NCBI GenBank assembly: GCA_023247055.1 | Contig: JAHFHF010000006.1 | Span: 600-64,599 of the forward strand | Direction: 5' to 3' | DNA: 64,000 nt | Origin: Candidatus Omnitrophota bacterium | GTDB lineage: Bacteria > Omnitrophota > Omnitrophia > Omnitrophales > Aquincolibacteriaceae | Shown here: positions 12,001 through 24,000 of the stretch, one piece after another | Position numbering within the stretch: position 1 is the first letter of the stretch | How the letters are laid out: every line of letters begins with the position of its first letter | Position numbers and translations under genes: made by a program | Notes under the pieces: generated by a model | The model's input: the letters and a program-made list of their open reading frames with translations, nothing else | Database searches by the model: none | What the model was told of the DNA's origin: nothing

Positions 12001-15000
12001 TACAACATTATGCTGCGCGCGCAAAGCTATGACCAAAAAGCCCTGCCCGCCGATTATGAATGGCAGCTTGCCGTCGCTGTTGACGGCGATGACCGCGGCA
12101 TTGTGATCATTCCCGCGACGGCAGGAAGCGTCTCCGAGGAAAGCTTGCGCACGCTCATGGCCAACGGTGCGCATACGATCAGCCTGCGCTGGCTGAATCC
12201 GCGGCCGGGAACCAGCCTGGCCATCGACCGGTTGAGGGTCGCCGAAGAAGGCGTTGATCCGGAAGCCAACCTCGTGGTGCGTTCCGGAATTCCGGAGCAG
12301 GCGATTGGCGTGCAGACCGAACATTCGGGAGCCGGCGGACAACTCATCTTACGGACAGCGGCGGGGGAAACAGTTATAACAATTCCGGCGCAGATGCCCT
12401 GGCCCGGCCCGGATGATTTTTATTGGGCGGAAGTGGATGAAAATACGGGCGCCATTCTGCGCCAGGGTTCGCTGCGTTCCGAAGATGCAGACGAAACCGC
12501 GCAATTCCTGCTGGATGTGGAAACCCTGCCGGAAGGCCGCATCCTGGCCGCGGCTTCCTGGGACGGTTTGACGGTGACGCCGTCTTTAGCGCGCGCGCTG
12601 GAACGGCTGGGTTCAAAACTGATTCGCAGCATGGATGGCGCGCATGAATGGGCTTTTGCCGGCGTCAAAGGACTCCCTCCAGGCAGTGCTTCGGAACAGA
12701 TTCAGGCGTTAACTACGGGTGACAGCCGTTTGGATTTTGATCTGGCCATAACCGGCGGCAGCCTTGAAGACCGCCTGCGGATCAACGCGGCGGACTATGC
12801 CGTCTTCCGCCAAGGCATGAGCGACACGGCTGAGACTCAGGTCTTTACGCTGCAGGGCAAGGATTATTATGTCAGCGAAACTTCACCGGGAACTTTTGAA
12901 GTTTTTGACGGAATTTTGACGAGCGTGCAAAAAATCGTGGACGGCCGTCCGGCGCTGGATCTGGGCAGCCGGAGTTTCTTTGTGGAGCGCGGCGTGAACG
13001 GCGCTATCCGCCTTGAGGGCATTCTTACCGGCGATGTTTTTAGCGACGGTCAACTCGACGGCGCAGATCAGGACTTGCTTGCGGCCAGCCGCGGCCGGTT
13101 CAGTTTGGACCGCCGTGACGGCACCGTGATTTTCAACGAAAGCCAGCCGCTGGTTTATGCCGTCGAAGTGCCGGAAGACGGCCTGTATTCCGTGGGCCTG
13201 GCGGCGCGCAATTTCTTCAAGGCAGGCCTGGATTGGCAGATCGAAGTGGACGTCTATGTGGATGATGAGATTTATCCGCGGACTTCATTTGACGTGCCTG
13301 CCGGCCTCAAAGACACGGCAAATTATGTCAATGACCTCGATTTGACGGCCGGAGCGCATACGATCCATTTTTACGTGCGCGACCTATACGGCGAGGGCGA
13401 CCACATCACGCAGAATCCGCATCCTGATCTTGCGGACCAGCCGGCCGGAGTGGGTTCCGCGCTTCTAGCCGAAAATTTTATTTTCCGGGCGCAGGGTTAC
13501 CGCAGTGACATGGATCTTAACCACAATCAAAGCATTGACACAGGCGATGAAACGATTCTAGCGGGCTTGATTCTGGCCGGGCCGGTCAGCGTGCAGACGC
13601 TCGAGCCCCTGCCCGTGAAAGTCCTGCGTCTGGCCGGCAAGTTTTACCGGGTCGAAATTTCCGGCACTGCCGTGACGCTGGTCTCCGGCAGTGAAAGCAT
13701 CACTACGGCCGTGGATGAAGTGATTGAGAAGAACGGCGTGTATTACCGCCTGCTGCAAGATGCCGCCGGCGAACTGGCCTTGGCGCGGGAACCGTCCGTC
13801 TACGCGTTCCGCGATCCTGCGTTTGAATTCGGCGCGAGCCGGGCGCTAGACCGTCCTGTTGTTTACGTGCGCGGCCGTTATCTGGAAATCGATCGGGCAC
13901 CGGACGGCCGCTGGCGCTTTAGCGATGCGGTTGGCGAATTCCTGTCCAATAGCGAAAAAACCGAAGTTCTGATCATCGACAAGCTTTTCAAAATCCAGGG
14001 CGCTCAGGCCGGCGAATTGTCCCTTGAAGAAGTCCACGCCGAAAGCCTGAAAACGGTGGATTTGGTGATCAATCTAACGGGGGAAGACTACAAGGTCCAG
14101 CGTGAAGGCAGCCAGTGGCGTTTTATCCTCGCGACGAATGCGGCCGTGAGTTATCTCTCCGTCGACGGTGTGGTCACGATTCAAGACAGACCCTACGCCT
14201 TGCGCTGGGATGATCAGCTTCAAGAGTTAGTTGCGGGCAATCACCCTGTTATTTCCAGTGATCTGGCCGGCCAGTCGGTGGTGCTCGACGGAGTGCTCTA
14301 TACGATTCGCATGGATACGGCCGATTCGATCAGCCTGCTGGGTGAAGGTCCGGATGCGCTCGCGGGCGGGACTGTCCCCGGAAACCTTACGCTGGCAGGG
14401 GCGGTTTATGCGGTCGAAAAACTCATCGACGGCCGTTATGTTTTCTCCGGTCAGGTGCAGAGCCGGCCGGCGGAAGAACCCATCCGGTTGTTTGACGGCA
14501 AGTTTTACAGCGTGGCGCATGACGGCGAGTATTTTACGCTCAGCCAAGGCGGAAAGAATTATTCCAATCGTCCGCGTTTAGCGAATTTGCCGGAAGTCGC
14601 ATCGACCGGTGATTTAACCGCGTTTGAATACTTGAAAGACGGTACGGTGCGGCCGGAGATCAGCGATGTCTATGACTCTCAATCCGGCACGCTGACGTCC
14701 GGCGTTTTTACGGTTCCGGGGGATCAAAACTATACGTGGACCTGGGAAATGGCCGCGGGCGGCGAGAGCGGTACCCTGAAAATTCTCAATGCATCCGGAA
14801 CCGCTGCCCTGCAAGAAACCATCAGTGAATCCATGATGTCGATGCCGGGCGGCTGGACTTTAAATTTTCTCAACCCGTTTATTTCGGGCAAGCATGCCGG
14901 CTATAAAGTCAGCTACAACACCGGAACGAATACGCTTACTCTCACGCCCGCCGGCATCACCGGCAATTTTACCGCGCCGGATGGAACGGCTTATCTTTGG

Positions 15001-18000
15001 GGCCTGACGCGGCATGAGCGCAAAGACTCCGGAGGGCAGCCGGATACGCTCAATGACGGTTATGTTTTCCGCCTGAGTCAAGCCGGCGGGACGGGCCTTT
15101 ATGAAAAAACCGGTATCGTTGCGAAGTCTCAAGAACTGAATGCGGATTTCACGGGTCTTGTTCAAATGGCCGGCTCGGGCTGGATGGTGCATCTGGATGA
15201 AAACAGCGGCAAACTGCGTTTTGATCCCAAGCATTCGAGCGGGAGTTTCATTTCGGCTGTGGACGATGAGCGCTACATCTGGTCGATCGATTGGACCCAG
15301 ACCGGAGAATTTATGAAGGGGTGGACCTTTACGCTGGAGGATGAGGCCGGCGTCAATACGTTTACGCGTTCCGGTACGCTGAACAGTGATCCGACTTTGG
15401 CGATGCCTGAGACGTTTCCACAGCCGTTTGAGGGTGTTTACGCGCTCGCGAATGCCGTGGAATATCAAATCAGCTTTGATCCGCAGACGAACCGTATGAC
15501 CCTGGCGCCGCAGCGCGTGCTGGTGGAAGAAAGTTCTGACCGGATTTTGATTGACGGGCGCTGGTTTGCGATCAGCGGGACGGATACCGGCAGTCTTGTG
15601 CTGACGAATGAAATTTTGGAAGAGGCCGGTCAATACCGTTTAGCCGGCGAGCGTTATGCCCAGCAGGTTGAAACGAGCATGAACGAGATGGGTTTCCCCG
15701 GGCCGCAGGTGCTGGTGCTGACGGATGAAAACGGCCGGCGCTTTGAAAGCGTTTTGAATACCACATCCGCCGCGACCGGCCAATACGGGTATAACGCCTA
15801 TGGTTACTGGGGGCCGATGTATCAATACACCCATACGTACACGGTCACGATCAAAAACATGACGTTTGAAGTGCGCCTGCCGCCCTATGATCCCTACGAC
15901 TCCAATCCGCCGCCGCTTGAAAATTATACGCTCGTGCCGTATCAGGCCGCGGCCGTAACGGCGGTTGTGCCGGCGGGGACGCTGGTGAAAATCGGCGGCG
16001 CAATTTATGCGATTACCCCCAAGCCGGGCGTTGAAAATGTCTACCTGATTAGCGACGGCCAAACGCTGACGGAAGCTGGGCTTGGCGAGCCGGTGCGTTT
16101 GAATGGCATCGAATACGTCATCCGCCGCGCGCCTTCCGGAGCGCTCAGTATGATCCAGCAGGTGCAAACGCTGTCCGGGCACCAGGTGATTTTGGAAGGT
16201 GTCCGGTATTCGGTCGAAGAGCAGACGGGCCGGGTCATTCTCTCCGATGGTGTTCAGTCGTTTGAGTCCGATGACGCCAAAGCGAAGATTACGGTCAAAG
16301 ACCGCCTTTATGATCTTGTGCGCACGGAAGCCGGCGCCCTGGTGCTGGTCGAATCCGGCGTGGTCCGCTCGTACCAAACCCTGGTTTTCCAAAATAAAAC
16401 CTACGATGTCCTGCGCAATAGCGACGGTTCGATTTCGCTGCTCTATCACAAGGCAACGCATGGCACGTTGGCGCCAAAAGAATCCGTCCAGATGCCTGCG
16501 CAATTGCGCTATAAAGGCGGAAATTACACCGTGAGCACGCTGGAAGACGGCCGGCTTCAGATCGAAGGTCCCGAAGGTGTTTCCACCAGCGCGGCGGAAA
16601 CGGGCCTGATTGATTTTGACGGGAAACTCTGGCAGGCCGTGCGGCTTGCGGACGGCCGCTGGACGATTGAGGGAACATTCGAAAGCGCTCCGGCCTCCGG
16701 CCAACCGCTGTTTTTTGACGGAAAGATTTACACGCTTGCCATGCAAGCCAATCAATTCGTGCTTTCCGACGGACGCGCTCACTATACGGCGGATGTCTCG
16801 GGTTTTGTGAATTTGAACGGCCGCACGTTCTTCTGGAGCGGGACCGGGCTGGAGGATTTCCAGATGTTCAACCGGCCGTATCTTGGCAGAACCGATACGG
16901 AAATCCAGCTTGAAGGTTTGAACCTGGCCTATCAGATTGAATATTCCATGATGACGGGCCCGGTCCTTAAAATCACGGATTCTGAACGCAATGCGGTTTA
17001 TACCAGCTTTACGGATCAAACCAGGGCCTTCATGGATATCCGGGGCGTTCGCTACGAGATTACGGGCAGCTTGTATGACAGCTTCGGCGAGGGGTTTGGC
17101 CTGCGGCCGGCCGCCGGAAACGTGCCGGCTTCTGCGCCCGCCGAGGAAGGAACCCGGCTTGTGGTGGAAAACCGCATTCTCAGCGTAAGCCTCAAAGCGG
17201 GCACCGGCGATATCTATCTGGCGTCCGACGGTACGGAGACGCTGGAAGTCCGGCTCGGTGAGACGCTCAACGTCAACGGCCTTCCTTATATGCTTAGTCT
17301 GCCAGCCTCCGGCGAACTCAAATTCAGCCTGAGCAGCCGCCAGATCAGTCTGGCGCAGTTGGGGCTGGATTCGACGTCCTATCTGGCTTTTGAAACCGCG
17401 GCCGGCGAATGGGCCTTCCAGGGAACTTACGATCCCACGGGTGAATTGAGCACAAGCACGGGCGGCGGCACGCTGGTCCAAATCGGCGATCTGAAATATC
17501 ACATCGAACGCCTCCCTGACGGCGGCCTCAAACTGACCGAAACCGAAGACAGCGCGCCGGTGGTTTATGAAGATCAACTCTTCCGCAGCGACTTGCAGGC
17601 CCGCACGATCCGCATTTCCGGCAAGATCTACCGGCTCGCACTTGCGGCGGACGGGGACTGGGTCTTGAGTGAAGATTACGAAACTTCGCAGGCCCTGCAG
17701 CCGGCGGTGGAAATCGGCGGCCGCAAACTGCAGTACCGTTTAGAAGACGCGCAGGTGATCTTGACGGACGGGAAAAACAGCTTCCGCAGCAGCCGCGACG
17801 GCTCAAACGTGACGATCGACCATCGCCGCTATGCGATCCAGCGCAGCGGCAGCGCGATTACGCTTTCCGAGCCGTCTCTGCCGTACAGCCAGACGATCGA
17901 TGCGCTTGGCGCAATTTGGCTGATCCGCCGCGACGCGTCCGGAAAAATCATGGCCGACAATCCCGAAACCCAGGAAACGTTTGCCGGCGATACGGCTGGT

Positions 18001-21000
18001 CTCGTGATTACGATTCGCGGCGTGCAGTTTGATATCACGGGCGAGGAAGGCCGGCGGATTTTCACGCCGCGTATTTCAGCCGAACCCACCCTAGCCGACG
18101 GCGCTTTCTTGCTGGCCGGCCGGATGTTCTTTTACAAGACCGAAGACGGGCAATTGACCGTGACGTATGCGGACAGCGGGGCCGCGGCCGGCGCAGCGGA
18201 CGAAAATGCCGGACTGATCGAAATCGCCGGTACCGTTTATCAAGTGCAGCGCACGAGCGGCCGGCTTGAATTCCATAAGCAAGCCTTTGAAGAAGCTCAG
18301 GAAATTTCAGGAGCGGTGTTTTACATCAACGGAACGATTTATGAGGTTCAGTATGATGAGACTGCCGGGTCTTTCGAAGTACGCAGCGGCCAGAAAACTT
18401 ACACCAGCGATCCGGCCACGGGGCATATTTTGATCGGCGAAATTGCGGCTGAAATCCGCCGCGATACCGCGAGCGGCGAAATTACGATCACGGTGCCCAC
18501 AGCAGCCAGCGTCAAGCGCGCCGACCAGGCGGTTGAACTCAAGGGCCAGATTTATTGGCTGACGCGCCTGGAAGCCGGCCGGTACGAAGTTTATGATCCG
18601 GCTGCGAAAACGCCGCATGCGTCCCGCCTTGAACAAATTGACGGCGTCTGGCTACCGGTGGTGGATCTGGCCGGCAGTGTTTACCGCGTGGTCGAAGACC
18701 GCGGTGAACGCATGCGTCTGGAAGAGGTGACAGAGGAATTTATTTCCGACGACCGCTTCAAGGTGCTGGCCGGCGGTAAGGAATACACGATCGGCCAGGA
18801 TTCCGTGGATCAACGTTTCTATCTCGATGACGGCACGCACCGTTTCTATGAAACCGGGGTGGATGGCATTATCAAGATCGGCGCTGATTCCTTTAGCGTG
18901 CGTGAACTGGCCGGCCGGCGCTTGTTTAATCCGGAGGTGGTCAAGCGCGCCGATCTGGATCAAAACGGCGAATTCAACGCCGAGGATGCGCGCATCTTGA
19001 CGCGCCTGGCCAGCCACTACAAAGACATCAACGGCGACGGTCTGGTCGATCAGCAGGATATTGACGCGTTAAATAAAATTATTGATCTCACGCCTGAGAT
19101 CCGTGATGCGGTGCCGGATGGTCAGATTACATCCGATGATTTTACTTCGCTTGACGTCAACCATGACCGCAAGATTGATTACCGCGATGCCAACGCGCTC
19201 AACCAGGTGGTGCAGAACCGCTTTGACATCAACCGCGACGGCCTCACCTCGAGCGGCTCCGGCGTTCCGGCGACGGATGACCTGGCATTTTTCAACGCCC
19301 TGTTTAGCCAGATCCGCCAGCTGCAGGCTCAGGGCATTGTGGTCGAGCCGGCCAAACTAAAAGCGCTGGATGTCAACAATGACGGGCTGGTGACGCATGA
19401 GGACGTGACGGCGCTTGGAAAAGTGATCGGCAAGAATTTCGATATCAATGGCGACGGCAAACTCGATGACCTGGCCAATCGCAAGGATGAAAAACGGCTC
19501 GACGATGTGATCAGCGCGCTCGCTTTGAAGATCAAACAGAACGAATTGACGCTGGCCGATGTGAACCGCAACGGCAAGGTCGATGACAAGGACCGCTCCG
19601 ACCTTTCGGAATCGATCCGCAAGTATACCCAGCTCGCGGTTGCCGCGGATTATGACGCCAGCGGCCTTTTTGATTACGGCGACCTCGTAGCCCTGCAGCG
19701 GGATGTCGGCGAAATCCGCCGCGGCAGCCTGCTCAGCCCGCAGCTGCTCTCGCGCGCGGACATCAATAATGACGGGCGCGTGGATGACCGTGACTGGAGA
19801 ACGCTGGAGCAGGGCCTGGCTTCGCACCGGGATGTCAATGAAGACGGCCGCATCGACAGCAAAGACAGCGAGGTGCTGGAACGCTATCTGAATTTCACAG
19901 CCGGCGAAATTATTCCGGCCCGCGAAATCCGGCTCGAGACGCCGGAGGGGCTCGAGAGCCAAATTACGGGCAGTCAGTCCATTGTGCTGGATGACGAGCG
20001 CTATGTTGTCTCAAAGAACACCGAAGGCGCTTATGTGTTGACGTCCCGCGACGAGACGTTTAACGCCTATGGCGGAATCAATATCGTGGAAATCGGTGAG
20101 CACATTTACGACATCTACGAAGATCCGGACGGCAAGATCCGTCTGGTGGATCAGGAAGCGCGCACGCATCAGAGCATGCACCGGGCGGATTTCGTCATCC
20201 GGCTGGGTGAGCGGGAATATGACGCTTATTTCAAAGATTACGGCCGTTTTGAATTTAAATCCGCCGAGTGCTTTGACGGAACCGAAAACTGCGAAACGGC
20301 GCTGAGCGGTTTTGACGACAAAGTAACACTGCAAAATCAGGTGTTTATCGTTGAAACCGACTCGCTGACGCGTCAGGCCGCGCTCAAAGCGGCCTCGATG
20401 CGCAGCCTGAAACGCGCGGACCAGGTCATTGAACTGGAAGGCAAACGCTACGAAGTGGTCAATCATTTTGACGGCAGCTATACGTTCAAAACGGATGAGT
20501 TTGAACAGCGCTCCGACCGCGATCAGAAACGCGTCAAACTGGACGGAATTTATTATGACATCCACGAAGATCCGCTGACGGGCCATGTGCAGCTGGCTGA
20601 ACAGCATGCGATCAGCCGGGTGCTGGCTGACCAGGTCATCCGCATTCAGCGCAAAGATTCGCTTTCCTTGTCCGAAATTTATGCCGGGGCGGATACGCGG
20701 GCGCTTTTCCTGGCCAGCCAGGGCGGACAGAAAATCGGCAGTCCGGTCGTTTATGACGATTCTTACCTAGTAAATTTCAACCTTGACGGCACGACGACCT
20801 TTACGCATGAGAAGACCGGCACGAAATACACAAGCGGCCGCTCCCAGGAAGACGGCACTTCCGTTGTGACGATTGACCGGATGGCTTTCCGTATTTTCTC
20901 CGATTACGAAAACGGCGGGATCTATATCGAGCAGGATCATGAAAAACTGGGCTCCGATGCGGGCGCCGGTGCGGGCCGCGGCCAAGTCACGTTCTTGAAA

Positions 21001-24000
21001 GCCGGCGAGCCGGTGACTTACGAATGGATTTATGATGATGCGACCGGCAAGCTCAAGATCAACGGTGAATGGGTCAACCCCGAAACCAATACAGCCTTGC
21101 TCGACGGCCAGCAATTCCTGATTAATTTTGATCCGGAAAAAGGCCGCCTGGCCATGGAACAGGCCTACCTGCGCTCAAGCCGCGTGGCCGATCAGCGTTT
21201 GATTCTGGAAGACACGTTGTTTAATGTTTCGCACAACAAGGACGGCTCTTTCTCGCTCTTTGACGGCGAGACCAGCTTCCGCACCAACCCGGTGTCCCGC
21301 AAGGTGACGATCCGCGGCCGGGTTTACGATGTGATTGAAAACAGCTACAGCGGATCGATCACGCTGGCCGAAGAGTACAGCCGTGAAAGCAAGCCGGTCT
21401 ATGATCAGGTCATTGAACTCAACGGCAAAAATTATTTTGTGCGTGAAAATACGCAGGATGGCATCACGGAGTTCATCCACGCTGACGAGACGATCCGCTC
21501 CACGGCCAGCCGGACCTGGCAGGACGCATCCATTGATTTTACCAAGGATAAGATGCCGCAGGGCTGGGCGCCGGAGACGGGCAGCTGGCGCATCATGGCC
21601 GGCCGCGCCGAATCGCTGGTGCAAGGCCAGCAGGCCTCGTTTGCCCGCACCGGGCTTGTGACCGAAACTGATTTTACATTGTCGGTCGATCTCTCCTTTG
21701 AAATCCTCAGCGATGAACCCGCCGCGCCTGCCGGCACAGCCGATGAGCGTCTCTGGGAAGGCTCAGTCCTCTTTAATGTGATGGATCGCGATAACGCTTA
21801 CGCGGCCCGCCTGTTTGAGCGGGGCGGCAGCCGGTTTGTGGGGTTATACAAGCTGGTTCACGGGATTGAGTATCCGCTGGCCTTGGAGCGCGAACTGCCG
21901 TTTGAGTTCAGCACGGAGACGGATTACCGCATGCAGATCCGTGTGGAGTCCGGCAAAATCACGCTGGCCATGAATGATCAGCCTCTGCTGGAGGCCCAGG
22001 ACCATTATTTCACCGGCGGCGCCGTGGCGCTCGCTGGCAAGGGCCGCGATGTTCAGTTTGACAACATCGTTCTGCATCACGCGCACGAACTGGATCAGCC
22101 GCGGCAAGTCACGATAGATGACCATCTTTACACGATTTCACGGCGTGATTTTACCGAGACGTATGATCTGGATATCAACCGGGACGAGGCGTTCAGTCAA
22201 GGCGACAGCGGCGCCCTGCTGGAAGCTTTGCTCAGTAACGGGCTTGTCAGCGAAGAAGACTTGGCTCGTTACCGCGCGCAGGGCGGAACCGCGGGATTGG
22301 GCGCTAGCGGCGGCGAGGGCGAGGGATCGTTTGCGGGCGGAGAGAGTGCCGGAGGGGGCGCAGGCATGCCGGCCGGCGGGGAAACTGGCGCAGGTTCAGG
22401 CACGTCCTATCAGGTTTCGGAAGACGAAGGCGTGGATTTGAGCGGCCTGCATGTCAGCATTCCGGGCCGCCTGCCGCGTTCGACCGTGGACATTACCGGC
22501 GACGGCCGCGGTGATATTGCGGACATCAAACGTATCCAAGAAATTCTGTTTGCCGTGCGCCGCGGTGAAATTGTCCAGCCGCGTGATTACGAGAAGGCGG
22601 ATGTTACCGGGGATGGAAAAGTTACGGATGCCGACTGGAAAGCGATTGAAACCGCGCGGCTCAAAGCGGCGCGCAGTGACGTGACCCAAGATGGCGTTAC
22701 GGATTACCGCGATGTTGAAGCGATCCGCCACATTGACCGCGAAGAAGTCATCCGGGCCACGGCGTCTGAAATCGCGAAAGCGGACCTGAACCACAACGGC
22801 GCGCTGGACGCTGCGGATGTGGCGCAGCTTGAGCAGACCATGAAGCATATGCATGAGCTGGATCTTGATTTCGACGGCAAGATTGTTTTGGCGGACGAAC
22901 TGGCGGCTTTTGACAAAGCCAAAGAATTTTACGATCTGGGCTTGAGCCTGAGCGCCGAACAGTTTGCGCGGGCGGATATCGATCAGGACGGTTTGATCAC
23001 GCCGGCGGATCTGCGCATTTATGAAAAACTGACCCAGCAGTGGGATGCTGCCGGCACGCCGCGCAATGTTTTTGATCTGACCAACGACGGCGTGGTGGAT
23101 GGCAGCGATGAGCAGCGCATGGTTGATCTTTTGATGGCCGAGGGCCTCAAAATCACTGAAGAAGAAAAAGTCCTCGGCGATATCAACCGCGACGGCATAA
23201 CGGACAGCCGTGATTTGGATCTCTATACGCTGATTTATCAAAATGAAAACCGGCTGAATATTGATGGGGTGGCGGGCATCAATGCGCAGGATGTTAATAA
23301 AGCCGCCTCGATCCGCAGCTGGCTGGCCGCGCGTAATGCGCCGGTGCGCGGGCTGACTCGGTTGAAAGATCTTCAAGATGCGGGCGTGGACACCGCCAAT
23401 CCGGATGCGGTTGCCGCGCATCTCAACCAGCTGATTTCAACCACGCAGGCCAAGATTGCCGACGTCAACGGCGATGGTCTGATCGATGAAAAAGATTTGG
23501 CCCGCGCCCGCGAAGTCGAGGAAATCGTCAGTTACGGTATGGACCGCGGCTTTGCGCTGGACATGCGTTTCGATCTTAACCAGGACGGCAAAGTCGATGA
23601 CAGTGATCTGGCGGCGCTGATGACCGCCATTTCCAACCAGATTGTGCATGATGTGAATGCGGACGGCGCGGTCAACCAGACGGATGTGGATCTTTTTGAC
23701 CGCATGATCCGCTATCAACGCACGGGCTATACGGTGATGCCGGATGATCTGGAGAATGCCGACATTGACCATAGCGGCGCTTTTGATGCGGGCGATGTGA
23801 CGAATTTCACAAACGCGCTGCCATTCTACCGCGATGTGACCGGCGATAAACGCCTGGATAGTGCGGATCTGCTCGCGGTCCGTAAAGCCAAGGCCTTGCA
23901 GGAAGCCGGTTACACGGACCGCTCCTCCGGCGAGCCGGTTTACCGGCCGCTGACGCTGGATCTGCTGCGCCGTGCGGATCTGACCCGCGATAACGTGATC

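Larger units (their letters stand above)
1..22160 (+). repeat. Array of degenerate ~65-71-aa beta-hairpin protein repeats (approx. DQVIxIxGxxYxVxxxxDGxFxFSDGxxxYxSxxxxxxVTIxGxxYDIxxxxxGxIxLxE)
   Basis: ADQVIELEGKRYEVVNHFDGSYTF...VKLDGIYYDIHEDPLTGHVQLAE starts at 20416 and the next ADQVIR at 20626 (70 aa). ADQRLI at 21187 to YDQVIE at 21400 is 71 aa. Similar units occur at ~2104, 2593, 2806, 3016 and 16186. Confidence 0.85.

Noticed and set aside
14368-14378. gggactgtccc mini-palindrome resembling the intragenic hairpin arms
   Set aside because: Only 5-bp arms and a single copy; compatible with chance in GC-rich DNA.
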